A stretch of 64,000 nucleotides of DNA from Candidatus Latescibacterota bacterium (GCA_965242865.1 CBDETK010000013.1:1376001-1440000); one strand, 5' to 3'. Counted from the stretch's first letter, positions 1-10,851 are shown. Made by a program: numbers and translations. Notes: generated from the letters alone by a model not told the origin.

Positions 1-1721
1 CCGAAATCGTAAAAGTGACCTTTGATCTGGTGCTGGCCAACGACTACAAAGTCGAGGTGTGGTCCGACCGCCAGACCGGGCAGGAAGCCTCCCCGGAAGC
101 CCCGCTGACCAGAGCGACCCTCAACGAGAGGAATCCGGTCCTGCTAGCGATCGCCCGGGCGCCCGACAATACCAAGGATGGCTCCAACCGGCGCAGGCTG
201 GTTTTTGACTACGGCTTGCCCACGGCCACGCAGATTTATGGCTTTACCCTTGAGGCCAAAGATGTCCTAGGGTTCAACTTCTATGGCGAGTACGACATCA
301 ACCAGAAATTCAGGCAGTATCCCAACTTGGCCTTGTTTACCGACGACCGTTCCTTTGCGGACGCTTCGACTCGAGCGGATGCTTGGATGATGAACCTCGC
401 CTTTCAGGAGTATCCTTGGTTCTTCTTTGGGGAGGCCTTTTCCATGGACCACGACTACTCCACCAGTTCCTTCCTGCTCAACCAAAATGGCGATGTCAAC
501 TATGACCAACCGGCCCAATTTCTCTACGAGTTCGTCGAAGACAACGACGATCAAGATCGGCTGCCCGACTGGCAGCGAGGGGGCCAGCCGGGACCCGATT
601 TTTCAATCTTCCCCGGTTGGGACGAAAACAACGATTTCGTCAGCGACTTCAACCAGAACGACAATCGGACGATCAGCAACCGCATCCCCGATTACGACGA
701 GCCCTTTCTCCGGTACGCGGTGGACCGCCCCGAATTTCTCTTTGGCATTGACTTGAACAACAACGACTGGATCGACCGCTTTGAGAACGACGACGAGCCC
801 GATTTCCCCTACAAGAGAGACCACAGAGGCTACAATGCCTATTCCGGCGTTCATATCCGCCCGGGGGTTCGGGTGAGTGTGGGGCAAACCCGCGAGGAGC
901 TGCTGTCCTCCGAGCGAGAGAATACGACCACCTACGGGTTGGTAACCGTGGAGGAGGATTGGGCCGGCGTAGGGCGCTTGCGGGTGTTCGACATGCTAAA
1001 AAAAGCCCAAGACACCATTCCCGATGATCGCCGGGCGTCCCAAGCATTTCTCTCGGCCGGCCGGCCCGTCAAGGTCGCCGATATGCTGCCCGCCCAAGAT
1101 ACTTGGGTACATTCCCTGTTTATCGGCTTCGACTATACGCGAATTCCTCGGCTGAACATCCGCAACAAGGTCAAATACGATCTGTACATTCAGCGCAGCG
1201 ATGATATTAGGGCTTTGGACCGAAGTCCGCTCCGCGCTAGATCGTCCTTTTTCGGGCTGATCAACAAAGTGGATTATACCTACCAATTTGAAGGTCTGAG
1301 CATCCAGCCGCGGTTCAAAAGCCAGTATTTGAGGCGCACCCCGTTCCTGCGCCGCGAGGCCGATGTTGAGGAATGGGATGGGTTCTCGTCGGTGATTCTC
1401 AAGTTCCCAATGCTGAGGCATTCGATGATCGAACTGGGCGCGGAGTTTCGCCAGCTCAGAGAATTGCGGGCAGACGAAGCGGCCTTGGTCCGAGAGCAAG
1501 TGCTAGGACCGACCGGGGATCTAAACGAGACCAATTTGGCCGTTCAGTGGTCAACCACGACGGATTACCTAGGGTACGTATTGCTGCTACAGACGGGATT
1601 CCGGCTGTCTAGGCAATCCCTAGAAACCGTCGAGATGCTGGATCTGGAGGTCGCCAAACGGTCCGCTACCGAGACCGGCACCACCACCTTCATAACCATC
1701 TACGCCGGGGTGGAACAGTAG
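1..1721 (+). CDS. Large secreted/outer-membrane protein of unknown function, paralogue 1 (5' truncated by window)
   Basis: ORF open from the window start. Shares motifs with 1722..4496 and 22288..24948 (YGLPTA, DNDDQD, FPGWDxNxDFxSDFNQN, PDYxEPFLRY, GIDxNNN.W.D.FEND) and an aromatic-ended beta-strand-rich C-terminus (TFITIYAG). Confidence 0.8.
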   Translation, partial: EIVKVTFDLVLANDYKVEVWSDRQTGQEASPEAPLTRATLNERNPVLLAIARAPDNTKDGSNRRRLVFDYGLPTATQIYGFTLEAKDVLGFNFYGEYDINQKFRQYPNLALFTDDRSFADASTRADAWMMNLAFQEYPWFFFGEAFSMDHDYSTSSFLLNQNGDVNYDQPAQFLYEFVEDNDDQDRLPDWQRGGQPGPDFSIFPGWDENNDFVSDFNQNDNRTISNRIPDYDEPFLRYAVDRPEFLFGIDLNNNDWIDRFENDDEPDFPYKRDHRGYNAYSGVHIRPGVRVSVGQTREELLSSERENTTTYGLVTVEEDWAGVGRLRVFDMLKKAQDTIPDDRRASQAFLSAGRPVKVADMLPAQDTWVHSLFIGFDYTRIPRLNIRNKVKYDLYIQRSDDIRALDRSPLRARSSFFGLINKVDYTYQFEGLSIQPRFKSQYLRRTPFLRREADVEEWDGFSSVILKFPMLRHSMIELGAEFRQLRELRADEAALVREQVLGPTGDLNETNLAVQWSTTTDYLGYVLLLQTGFRLSRQSLETVEMLDLEVAKRSATETGTTTFITIYAGVEQ

Positions 1722-4496
1722 ATGGCAGGCCCTAATAGCATCTGGCGTGTTGTGGGGATACTCTGCGCCCTAGCGGTATCGCCCGCTCTGGGATGGACGG
1801 CCCAAGACTATGGGGCTCGCTTGGGGCACCGCGCCAATGGCACAGTGGTGTATCGCTCTGAGGGACCTAAGACGCTTTTGGGCCATGCAGAGCCGCTGGT
1901 GCGGAAACGGTATCTGCCCCAAGAGCTGTATCAGGAGTACCAGTGGCAGACTTGGCAGTACACCAACTACGCCGGCAATCCCTACCAGCGATATGTGGCG
2001 CAAAGCCTGTGGGGCGATTATTTCTACGATGTGTACGGAAATTTTCTGACCAGAGGATGGTTGATCTACGACTGGACCGAAGATCATCCGCGAATTTCCG
2101 AGGGCAGCCGGCTGCTGAAAAGGGGCGCGTACGCGGGTTTCTTTCGCTCATTAATTGTAGCTTCAGACCAGAAAGGTCAATACTCTTTTTCCATTTCCGT
2201 TGGCGACGAGTTGGTCACGACCCTGACGCCAATGACCTTTCGCAAGTCCGTGTACAACGGTGCCCAAGTCGATTTCACGTCGGACGCCGTCGAGCTGACA
2301 GGGATCTTTTCCCGCATCAGCGCCCCCGGCTTCATCACCGACCCAAATCCGGCCTCTTTCAACAACTATACGAACCTAATAGGGGGACGCACCAGAATTC
2401 AGCTAGGCGACGCCATAACCGTGGGCGGGGTCTTCGTCAATTCCCACAACGGCCGGGGGACCGTCCAGAGTTTTGCCGGCAATCCCTTCAAAGGAGAATT
2501 GACCTCCCTGCAGTTGCAAAACCAGATCGGTACCATTGTCATCCGGCTGAGCGACGACTCCCCGGCCGACAACATCGGCGGGAGCGTCTTGCTCGCAGAT
2601 AACGTAGAAGTGGCAACCACCATCGGCGACAGAGACACCGTGCTAGTCGGCAACGAGATCGGCTTTACCCCCCAGCGACAGGGCGGCACCATCATAGAAG
2701 GCGTCCGCACGGCCAACGGCACGGAACAGATCACGTTGCGGTACGACTTAAACGACCTAGCCGCGATTCTCGACGACCGGGATGCCATCAACAACATCCG
2801 GGACCTCCGCTTCAGATTGGTCCTAGTCAACGACTACCGGATCGAGATCACGTCCGACCAGCAAACCAACTCTGAAGGACAGCCAGTCTTTTTGCTGATG
2901 GCCCAAGCCGCAGGCAACATTCGGGATGGCTCGAATAAGCGCGAAGTGATGTTCAACTACGGCTTGCCCACCGCTAACCAGCTAATGGGGCTCACGCTCG
3001 AGGCCAGGGATTTCCTAGGATTTGACTTGTACACCGAGTTCGATGTGAACCACCAGTACAGAAAGTATCCCAACCGCCGGGTAAAGACTCACGAGGCGCA
3101 CTCGGGCCTCGTCGGCGACGAAAACGCCAAAGCTTGGATGCTGAATCTGTCCAAAGCGGTCTTCTCTTGGTCCCTCTTTGCCGAAGGTTTCTACATGGAC
3201 GCGGCTTACAACACCAGCCCCTTCATATCGGACGGTAGCGGCCGCATCGATTACGAAGACCGGACCAGGAGCATCTACGACTTTGTCGACGACAACGACG
3301 ATCAGGACAAGAAGCCCGACCAGAAGCGGCGCTACCAAGATCCGAGGACGGGCGCGGAATTCCGCGCCGCTGGCACCGGAAGATCCGCCGAAGGCTTTGC
3401 CGACGAGGCCGTGTTTCCCGGCTGGGACCAGAACAACGATTTCATCTCCGACTTCAACCAAAACAGCAACATCTTCAGCGAGAACCGTTTCCCAGACTAC
3501 GAGGAACCCTTTCTGCGCTATGGTTCAGACCGCCCCGAATACCTCTTCGGTATCGACCTCAACAACAACGGCTGGGTTGACCACTTTGAAAACGACAATC
3601 TGCCCGACTATCCGTACAAAAGGGATCGCAAAGGCTACAACCTGTACCTGCACAATCAGGTAACTCCGCACCTGCGACTCACTGTGGGGCAAGCCCGCGA
3701 GCAACTCCTTTCGGACGACCGCCAAAATCTGACCACGTACGCTTTGGTGAGCTTTGAAAAGGAGTACGCCCGCATCGGCCGGGTGCGCCTCTTCGACCTA
3801 TTCAAAAAGGTGGCCGACGACATTCAGGACGATCTCGTTCAATGGGTACAAACCCCAGGGCTGCCCGGAGCGCACCAAGCCATAGACGATCCCCTCTTCG
3901 CCCAAGACACCTATATCAATACCTTTTGGCTCGGCCTCGACCGTCGGACCAATCTCGGGGTCAATTTTTCCAATAAGTTCAAGTACGAGACCGTGCGGCA
4001 ACGGGAAAAAGGCAGCACCCCAGATTTCAAAGACGATATGCGTTTTCTCGGGATTATCAACAAGGCCGACTACCTGTACCAGTACAAAACTCTGACGGTG
4101 CATCCCAAGATCAAGAGCGAATTTCTCAAGGACAATACTCCTTATTCTATGGGGGGGGTGCGCCCGGTGCGCGATCAATGGACTGGTTTGATCTTCCTGA
4201 CCGTTGAATTTCCCGTTCTACGGCGCACGACCCTAGAGACCGGCATAGAACAACTCTTCTTCCGGGATTCGGTGATTGACGAAGGCGATTTAGCAGCGGG
4301 TGAATTCACCGAGGACTTCAACAGCACGGTCTTGGCTATGCAGCTTTCAAACCGGGGGGAGTACCTAGGCTATGTGCTCACGGCCCAACTCGGCTATAGT
4401 ATCCGTAGAATCAGTCGAGAGCGCGTCGAAGCAGCGGACCGCTCGCAGCTGGATAGTACCGTGTTTATGACGATGTACGCCAGCCTGAAAGAGTGA
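1722..4496 (+). CDS. Large secreted/outer-membrane protein of unknown function, paralogue 2
   Basis: 924 aa with a signal peptide (LCALAVSPALG) and Asp/Asn-rich Ca-binding-like motifs. C-terminal amphipathic strands end VFMTMYASLKE. Starts immediately after the upstream stop. Confidence 0.85.
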   Translation: MAGPNSIWRVVGILCALAVSPALGWTAQDYGARLGHRANGTVVYRSEGPKTLLGHAEPLVRKRYLPQELYQEYQWQTWQYTNYAGNPYQRYVAQSLWGDYFYDVYGNFLTRGWLIYDWTEDHPRISEGSRLLKRGAYAGFFRSLIVASDQKGQYSFSISVGDELVTTLTPMTFRKSVYNGAQVDFTSDAVELTGIFSRISAPGFITDPNPASFNNYTNLIGGRTRIQLGDAITVGGVFVNSHNGRGTVQSFAGNPFKGELTSLQLQNQIGTIVIRLSDDSPADNIGGSVLLADNVEVATTIGDRDTVLVGNEIGFTPQRQGGTIIEGVRTANGTEQITLRYDLNDLAAILDDRDAINNIRDLRFRLVLVNDYRIEITSDQQTNSEGQPVFLLMAQAAGNIRDGSNKREVMFNYGLPTANQLMGLTLEARDFLGFDLYTEFDVNHQYRKYPNRRVKTHEAHSGLVGDENAKAWMLNLSKAVFSWSLFAEGFYMDAAYNTSPFISDGSGRIDYEDRTRSIYDFVDDNDDQDKKPDQKRRYQDPRTGAEFRAAGTGRSAEGFADEAVFPGWDQNNDFISDFNQNSNIFSENRFPDYEEPFLRYGSDRPEYLFGIDLNNNGWVDHFENDNLPDYPYKRDRKGYNLYLHNQVTPHLRLTVGQAREQLLSDDRQNLTTYALVSFEKEYARIGRVRLFDLFKKVADDIQDDLVQWVQTPGLPGAHQAIDDPLFAQDTYINTFWLGLDRRTNLGVNFSNKFKYETVRQREKGSTPDFKDDMRFLGIINKADYLYQYKTLTVHPKIKSEFLKDNTPYSMGGVRPVRDQWTGLIFLTVEFPVLRRTTLETGIEQLFFRDSVIDEGDLAAGEFTEDFNSTVLAMQLSNRGEYLGYVLTAQLGYSIRRISRERVEAADRSQLDSTVFMTMYASLKE

Positions 4497-4504
4497 TGGT
4501 TTAA

Positions 4505-6469
4505 TTACCAGTCGTGTACATTGTGGCCCTGTAGGGGAAACCATATCACATCTACGACTCCTGAGAGTACGACGCCGAGTACATAGCCCACGCCTAAGCC
4601 GTAGAAAAAGGGCTTGCCTTTGCGGTACGCTCGGACCCCTCCGTAGCGCAGCAGGAGCAGTTTAGCTATCCAGACCAAAAACAGGCTGAACCAATAAATG
4701 GATGTGCCCGAGGTGTGCTGAAAGGCGAGCCCAATGGGATGGAGCGAGAACCAGTGAAAGCGGGCCCGCAACAGCGCGATGCCCCCCGCCTCAAACACGC
4801 CCCAACCCCAGACGCCCCACTTGCCCGGATCCCCGACTTTGGGGTTTTGTAGCAGATGCACTGTTTCGTCCAAGAGGCCGGTCGCACCCATCAAAAAAAC
4901 AGCCCCCCCTTTGTCGTATGCCATCTCGAGGCTGGCCCACACGGCCGTTAGAAAACCTGTTGTAAAGGCGACGAGCACGGTAGCGGTCACCAGCCACGGC
5001 TGATCCCGCAACGAGAAAACGCGCAGATGGTGCGGGATAGCTGGCCAAGCGGGTAGGCGAATGTTGCCGAAAAAGGCATGGCCGGTGAACATCTTGAAGG
5101 CGACCAAATCCTGCGGCGACAACCGAGCCGAGCCCACCAAATCGACGATAAAAGAACTCCCCTTGGCATTGGGCCAACTGGGCATGAGGTACGGAAAGCC
5201 CGTGGCCGCAATGAGCTTAATGGAGACGAAAAAGGTCGCTACCATCAGGACAAAGGCCCCGGTGGCCAGCGGCAAACTCGCCCCCAAGCTGCAAGCCCAC
5301 GCGATGACGTAGAGGGCCGACAGGATCAGACCGGCTAGGGCCAAGCGGTAGATCCCGACTTGCCGCCGATCGCCCTCCCCAGTGCGCACCTGTTGCCACA
5401 CTTCTCGCAAGTGTCGGCGGGCCAAGTACACGGACCAGCAGGCCACAAAGACGATGGCCCCCAAGCTCTCCAGCGAGAGAATCGCTTGCGGTGCCAAAGG
5501 CTGCCCCTCCGCACCCACGACGAATCCCACCCAATCCATCAGCCCTATCTTGGCAGTAGCCAGCAGGGCGAAGACCACTAGGCTGCCGAGGATATCCAGC
5601 GGGCATAGATACGTCAAAGCCATGACTAGGGGCAAAACTCGGATGGTTAGGCCCGGGAAGGGGCGGGGCAATTCGAGCTGGAAGCGCTTGGTATAGAGTT
5701 CAAACAGAGGCAAGCCCGGGGTGAAGTAGGCGCCGATATTGTAGAGTAAGGGCAACAGGACAACCCCGCAGCCGATCCAGAACAGACCCGAGCGGAAGAG
5801 GTCGGGCACCCGGCGTGGCCCGTCAAAACCCCGCGTTAGATCGAGGGGCATCTGCGCCAGCGGGAAGGTGAGTTTTTCGGCTTCCACCCACTGGCGCTGA
5901 AATAGCACCACCAAGCAAAAGCCGAATACCACCATGCCCAGCGAGGCCCCCAGCCACTGGACAATCGCCCCGATCCAGCCATCCCACGGCACCGCCGCCC
6001 CTTGCGGCAGCCCCATCCAGAAGGCGTCTAGCACCCGAGGCGAGGAGTCGGGAAAAACGCGCCAAGGCAAATAGGGAAAGATCAGATCCGACCACTGGTT
6101 TTCGGGGGTGGCCAAGTAGAAGGGCGCCCCGATGATGGCGATCCAATAGTCGCTCCAGCCCCACTGCGGCAAGACGCCGACCACCCACAGCATGGTGAAA
6201 ATGGTCAGCAGCTCCCCTTGGTTTAGGGCCTGCCGGGGCCACAAGCGTCCGCAGGCGGCGTTGAGAAAAAGCCACAGCACAAAGGGCATAAAGGCCACCA
6301 TGGGGAACTGCGAGCGGACATAGCTGCCCGACCCGGATGCCTGCCCGACCTCTAGGATGAGGTAGTAGAATACAGCGACAATGGTCAGCCCCCCCAGAAG
6401 CAGGGCACGCCCGGTGATCCGAGGGGACTGGGGGCTATCTGTTGGTCGCGGGTAGCGCATCCTTTCCAA
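4505..6469 (-). CDS. DUF6785/DUF6784-type multi-pass membrane protein (putative OPT-like peptide transporter)
   Basis: 654 aa with many TM helices. Motifs ELLTIFTM, YLATPENQW, RQWVEAEKLTFPLAQMP, HPIG, LLRYGGVRAYRKGKPFFYGL. Confidence 0.75.
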   Translation of the reverse strand: MERMRYPRPTDSPQSPRITGRALLLGGLTIVAVFYYLILEVGQASGSGSYVRSQFPMVAFMPFVLWLFLNAACGRLWPRQALNQGELLTIFTMLWVVGVLPQWGWSDYWIAIIGAPFYLATPENQWSDLIFPYLPWRVFPDSSPRVLDAFWMGLPQGAAVPWDGWIGAIVQWLGASLGMVVFGFCLVVLFQRQWVEAEKLTFPLAQMPLDLTRGFDGPRRVPDLFRSGLFWIGCGVVLLPLLYNIGAYFTPGLPLFELYTKRFQLELPRPFPGLTIRVLPLVMALTYLCPLDILGSLVVFALLATAKIGLMDWVGFVVGAEGQPLAPQAILSLESLGAIVFVACWSVYLARRHLREVWQQVRTGEGDRRQVGIYRLALAGLILSALYVIAWACSLGASLPLATGAFVLMVATFFVSIKLIAATGFPYLMPSWPNAKGSSFIVDLVGSARLSPQDLVAFKMFTGHAFFGNIRLPAWPAIPHHLRVFSLRDQPWLVTATVLVAFTTGFLTAVWASLEMAYDKGGAVFLMGATGLLDETVHLLQNPKVGDPGKWGVWGWGVFEAGGIALLRARFHWFSLHPIGLAFQHTSGTSIYWFSLFLVWIAKLLLLRYGGVRAYRKGKPFFYGLGVGYVLGVVLSGVVDVIWFPLQGHNVHDW

Positions 6470-6504
6470 AAAACCTCCGCCCTCTCGCTAAAGACCGCCG
6501 CTTC

Positions 6505-6894
6505 TTATGGGGTGTGGTCGCTTTCCGAAGGAGCTTGGTAGGCGGTGTATTTGAGGTTTTTGCCCTTGGCCTTTTCCACTGGATAGCGCTGGGCCGAAAT
6601 GGCCAATTTCTCCTCCAGCATGTGCGCGGCGTCCAAGCCGAAGCGGTCGCACATGAGCAGGATAAAGTACAGGGCATCGGCCAACTCGTGACCAACAGCT
6701 CGGCGGAAGGATTCGTCGGCTAGGCGCGCGGCGATCTCTTGGTCCGAGCGGAAGCGGAAGTGCTCCAAGACTTCGGCCGCTTCGGTCGAAAGACCAATGG
6801 CCAAGTCCTTAAGGGTGTGGAATTGCGCCCAGTCGCGCTCGTTTACAAAGCGGCGAACTTCGGCGGTGAGTTGGGTCAGGGTCGCGTCACTCAT
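6505..6894 (-). CDS. MazG-like nucleotide pyrophosphohydrolase (DCTPP1-like)
   Basis: FVNERDWAQFHTLKDLAIGLSTEAAEVLEHF...HELAD...RYPVEKAKG. Start re-assigned to ATG 6894 (MSDATL). Confidence 0.88.
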   Translation of the reverse strand: MSDATLTQLTAEVRRFVNERDWAQFHTLKDLAIGLSTEAAEVLEHFRFRSDQEIAARLADESFRRAVGHELADALYFILLMCDRFGLDAAHMLEEKLAISAQRYPVEKAKGKNLKYTAYQAPSESDHTP

Positions 6895-6904
6895 GGTTTG
6901 GTTA

Positions 6905-6932
6905 TATTGTAAAGCAAGGTCCGCTCGCCGCA
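6905..6932 (-). promoter_or_regulatory. Putative sigma70 promoter for the MazG-like gene
   Basis: Minus strand TTGCGG-N16-TACAAT, 11 nt before the ATG, in the short divergent intergenic region. Confidence 0.4.
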
Positions 6933-6940
6933 ATACGCCC

Positions 6941-8755
6941 ATGCCCACGCCTCCCACCTGCCCAGCCACCGTTGCTTCCCAACCACAACGCCGCCCTTGG
7001 TTCGGGCCGGCCCTCCTGTTGGTGGGGCTCACCGCCGGAGCCTATATACCGGCCATGAGCGGCGGGTTTGTCTGGGATGACGACGACTACGTGCAGGACA
7101 ACCTCACCCTGCGCTCGCTGGCCGGGCTGGGGCAGATTTGGTTCCAGCCGGGGGCCACGCGCCAATACTACCCACTGGTCTATACGACCTATTGGCTCGA
7201 ATACCGGCTGTGGGGATTGGACCCGGCCGGCTACCACGTGGTCAATGTGCTCCTGCACGCCTTCAGCACCGTTTTGGTCTGGCGGCTCTTAACCCGCCTA
7301 AAAGTCCCCGGTGCTTGGGCCGCGGCCGCCTTGTTTGCCCTGCACCCCGTACACGTCGAATCCGTGGCTTGGATTACCGAGCGCAAAAACACCTTGTCCG
7401 GCGCGTTCTACCTGAGTGCGGCTTGGGCCTTTCTGCGCTACGAAGAAGTGCGCCGGCCGCGCTGGTACGGGGCCGCTTTATTTCTTTTTGCCGCGGCCCT
7501 GCTCAGCAAGACCGTCACCTGCACCCTGCCGGCTGCCTTGGTGCTGGTGCTGTGGTGGCAGGGCCAAACGACAATAAAGCGCACGGCTGTAGCGCTCGGG
7601 CCTTTTTTTGTGCTCGGGATCGCCATGGGCGGGGTGACGGTGTGGATGGAGCGGCACAGCGTCGGCGCTTGGGGGCCAGCGTGGGACTTGTCGCTGGTGG
7701 AGCGCGGCCTGATCGCCGGGCGGGCGTTGTGGTTTTACGCGGCCAAACTCCTCGTGCCGCTCGAGCTCGCGTTTATCTACCCCCGCTGGAAAATCGACGC
7801 GACCGCGGCTTGGCAATATCTCTATCCGGCCGGGGCCTTGGGCGTCGGGGGGCTGCTGTGGGCCTTGCGGGCGCGTTGGGGGCGCGGGGTGCTGACCGGC
7901 GCGTTGTTTTTTGCCGGCACCCTAACGCCAGCACTCGGCTTTTTCAACTTCTACCCCATGCTCTACTCCTTTGTCGCCGACCACTTCCAATACTTGGCCA
8001 GTCTGGGGCTTTTGACACTAGCCGCGGCCGGGGGGCACCGCACGTGGACGCGGTGGGGGCGGCCAGCGGCCGGGCCGGTCGCGCTGGCGTTGGTTTTGGC
8101 CCTCTACAGCCTGCTCACTTGGCGGCAAGGCGAGGTTTATGCCGATCTGGAGACCTTGTGGCGCGATACGCTCGCAAAAAATGCCGGCGCTTGGATCGCC
8201 CACAACAATCTGGCCAATATCCTCAAAGAGCGCGGTCAGCTCGACGCAGCCATCGGCCACTACCGGCAAGCCCTCCTGCTAAAGCCCGGCAGCAGCCAAA
8301 TTCACCTCAACCTCGCCGACGCGCACCAAGCCCGGGGCGAGGGCGCGGCCGCCCTGCGCCACTATCGCCGCGCCTTAAACGCCGAGCCGAACCGCGTTGA
8401 AATCCACCTCAAGCTGGGCAACGCCCTCCTCGGCCAACGCGCAGTTGCCGCGGCCATTGAGCACTATCGACGCGCCCTCCAACTGGCCCCGAACCTCGCC
8501 TTGGTCCACAGCAATCTGGGCGCGGCCTTGGCGCTTCAACGACGGGACGCCGCGGCCATTGAGCACTATCGACGCGCCCTCCAGCTCAAACCCGACTTTG
8601 CCGAGGCCCACAACAATTTGGGGCGGCTGTTAGCCCTTCGGGGGCAGCTCGCCGCAGCCATTGAACACTACCGCCGCGCCCTCCAACTCAAACCCACCTA
8701 CCGCCAAGCCCAAGCCAATCTCGCCAGCGCACTGCAAGCGGTGGGGCGACCTTAA
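6941..8755 (+). CDS. TMTC-like GT-C membrane protein with C-terminal TPR repeats (putative protein O-glycosyltransferase)
   Basis: FVWDDDDYV, YYPL, ALFALHPVHVESVAWITERKN, SFVADHFQYL, followed by several TPRs (AIEHYRRALQLxP). Start taken as ATG 6941. Confidence 0.85.
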   Translation: MPTPPTCPATVASQPQRRPWFGPALLLVGLTAGAYIPAMSGGFVWDDDDYVQDNLTLRSLAGLGQIWFQPGATRQYYPLVYTTYWLEYRLWGLDPAGYHVVNVLLHAFSTVLVWRLLTRLKVPGAWAAAALFALHPVHVESVAWITERKNTLSGAFYLSAAWAFLRYEEVRRPRWYGAALFLFAAALLSKTVTCTLPAALVLVLWWQGQTTIKRTAVALGPFFVLGIAMGGVTVWMERHSVGAWGPAWDLSLVERGLIAGRALWFYAAKLLVPLELAFIYPRWKIDATAAWQYLYPAGALGVGGLLWALRARWGRGVLTGALFFAGTLTPALGFFNFYPMLYSFVADHFQYLASLGLLTLAAAGGHRTWTRWGRPAAGPVALALVLALYSLLTWRQGEVYADLETLWRDTLAKNAGAWIAHNNLANILKERGQLDAAIGHYRQALLLKPGSSQIHLNLADAHQARGEGAAALRHYRRALNAEPNRVEIHLKLGNALLGQRAVAAAIEHYRRALQLAPNLALVHSNLGAALALQRRDAAAIEHYRRALQLKPDFAEAHNNLGRLLALRGQLAAAIEHYRRALQLKPTYRQAQANLASALQAVGRP

Positions 8756-8866
8756 AGCACCGCAACTTTTACGCGCTAACGCCGGCCCGGCATTTGGCCT
8801 CTAGTGCGAGAATTCGTAGCCTATCCGCAGCCCATCGCCCCGCATCCTCTCCACGGCAACCAGCCC

Positions 8867-10807
8867 ATGGCGCATCCGCAACCTTCCCTTGCTCCCCACG
8901 TGACCGGGCGCGGCATCCTCATCGGCTGCGTCCTGTGCGCCGTTATTGCCATTGGCGCGCCCTACGGGCGTCAGCTCATTCAAGGCACTTCGCTGGCCCT
9001 GACTTCGGCGACGCCGAGCGCGTTTTTCCTGTTTTTCGTCCTGCTGCTGACCCTACAGCTGGTCTTGGGCTGGTGCCGCCGCGACTGGGCCCTCCAGCGG
9101 GGCGAGCTGATCACCATTTTCACCATGATGATGGTGGCTTCGGCCATTCCCACCAAAGGCGTCAATGGCCTGCTCATGCCCATGATTACGGGCACCTTCT
9201 ACTACGCCACCCCAGAAAACGATTGGGTCAACCAAATCCATCCGTGGCTGCCGCGCTGGATCTTGGTAGCCAACCCAGAAGCGGTTAAGGCATTTTACGA
9301 AGGGGCCGGCCGCGGCCGCGGGATTCCTTGGGCGCATTGGTTGCCGCCGTTGGGGGCGTGGCTGTTGCTCTACTGCTCCTTGTATCTCGCCGCGACCTGC
9401 CTCAGCGTCATTTTGCGCCGCCAGTGGGTCGAGCACGAGCGCCTGATCTACCCGCTCATGCAGGTGCCGCTGGCCATGATGGCCGACGACCCGCAGGGCC
9501 GGCTGGTAAAGCCCTTTTTCCGCAACGGGACCATGTGGATCGGCTTTGCCATCCCCGTGGTTTTTATGAGCTTTTTCGCGCTGCACAACTACTTTCCCTA
9601 CTTCCCCCAAGTCGTCCTCAACACCTCCATCGACGTGTTTCGCCAGACCATTTTCCTGACCTTTGGGCTCAATTTTCTCATGCTGGGGTTTGGTTATTTC
9701 ATCAATACCCAAATCGGCTTCAGCTTGTGGTTTTTTTATTTACTGCACCAACTACAGGAGGGGCTGCTGTTTTACTACGGCTTGCAAGATGTACAAGCCG
9801 AACTGGGCTGGTGGACCGAGCCGGGCATGGGCCACCAGATGATGGGGGCCCTCATCGTCTTGGTCCTGTCGGGGCTGTGGATCGGTCGGCCCCATTTCAA
9901 ACGGGTCCTACTCAAGGCTTGGCGGCGAGACGCCCCGGTCGAAGATGGCGACGAGATCATGTCCTATCGGGCTGCGGTTTGCGGCGCCGCGGGGGGCGTG
10001 GCCGGCCTTTGGCTCTGGCTCTGGCAGACCGGCATTCCCGCTTGGATCGTCCCGGTGTTCCTCTTTGCTGGATTGGTAATTTTCATCGGCCTCGCCCGGG
10101 TCATTTCCGAGACCGGGCTGCCCATCTTTAAGGCCAATATGATCCCGGCGGGCTTTGCCGTGTCTAGCGTCGGCGTGTCGGCTTTGGGCGCAAAGGGCAT
10201 GGTCGCCACCGGCTACACTATGGTATGGTGCGGCGACCTGTTGGTTTTTATGATGGCCCCCTTGGCCCACGGCCTGCGCCTCGGCAGCGAGTTAAAAAGC
10301 GGCCAACGCCGCCTGACGTGGGCCGTGGGCTTGGCCATGATCATCGCCTTAGTCCTGTCGGCGTGGTTCACCCTGTACCTCGCCTACCGCTACGGCTCGA
10401 TGAATCTGCTCATTTCCCAGCACTACGCGGCCGAGCCGTCCCGCTTTGCCCTCGAAAAAATCATCAATCCCACCGGCCCCAGCCTGAGCGGATACTCGTG
10501 GATGGCCGGGGGCGGCCTGATTATGGGGCTGCTGCTTTGGGCGCGGCATCAGTTTTTGTGGTGGCCGTTCCATCCCCTCGGCTTCTTGGTGAGCCATGGC
10601 CGGGTCATGGACGGAATTTGGTTCACGCTTTTTTTAGCTTGGCTCCTCAAGAGTTTGGTGCTCAAGTACGGAGGCGTGCGCTTGTACCGCCAAACCCTGC
10701 CGTTTTTCTTGGGCCTTGCGCTGGGGCACATAGCCATCGGCGGCATCTGGCTGATCATCGACGGCTTTACCGGCATGGTCGGCAACCGCATCCCCCTCTA
10801 CTATTAG
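8867..10807 (+). CDS. DUF6785/DUF6784-type multi-pass membrane protein, paralogue 2
   Basis: GELITIFTM, YYATPENDW, RRQWVEHERLIYPLMQVP, WWPFHPLG, LKYGGVRLYRQTLPFFLGL. Start at ATG 8867, or GTG 8804. Confidence 0.78.
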   Translation: MAHPQPSLAPHVTGRGILIGCVLCAVIAIGAPYGRQLIQGTSLALTSATPSAFFLFFVLLLTLQLVLGWCRRDWALQRGELITIFTMMMVASAIPTKGVNGLLMPMITGTFYYATPENDWVNQIHPWLPRWILVANPEAVKAFYEGAGRGRGIPWAHWLPPLGAWLLLYCSLYLAATCLSVILRRQWVEHERLIYPLMQVPLAMMADDPQGRLVKPFFRNGTMWIGFAIPVVFMSFFALHNYFPYFPQVVLNTSIDVFRQTIFLTFGLNFLMLGFGYFINTQIGFSLWFFYLLHQLQEGLLFYYGLQDVQAELGWWTEPGMGHQMMGALIVLVLSGLWIGRPHFKRVLLKAWRRDAPVEDGDEIMSYRAAVCGAAGGVAGLWLWLWQTGIPAWIVPVFLFAGLVIFIGLARVISETGLPIFKANMIPAGFAVSSVGVSALGAKGMVATGYTMVWCGDLLVFMMAPLAHGLRLGSELKSGQRRLTWAVGLAMIIALVLSAWFTLYLAYRYGSMNLLISQHYAAEPSRFALEKIINPTGPSLSGYSWMAGGGLIMGLLLWARHQFLWWPFHPLGFLVSHGRVMDGIWFTLFLAWLLKSLVLKYGGVRLYRQTLPFFLGLALGHIAIGGIWLIIDGFTGMVGNRIPLYY

Positions 10808-10851
10808 CGGAACCCCAGCCACTTCCCTACCCATAACCCAAGGCATGGCGC

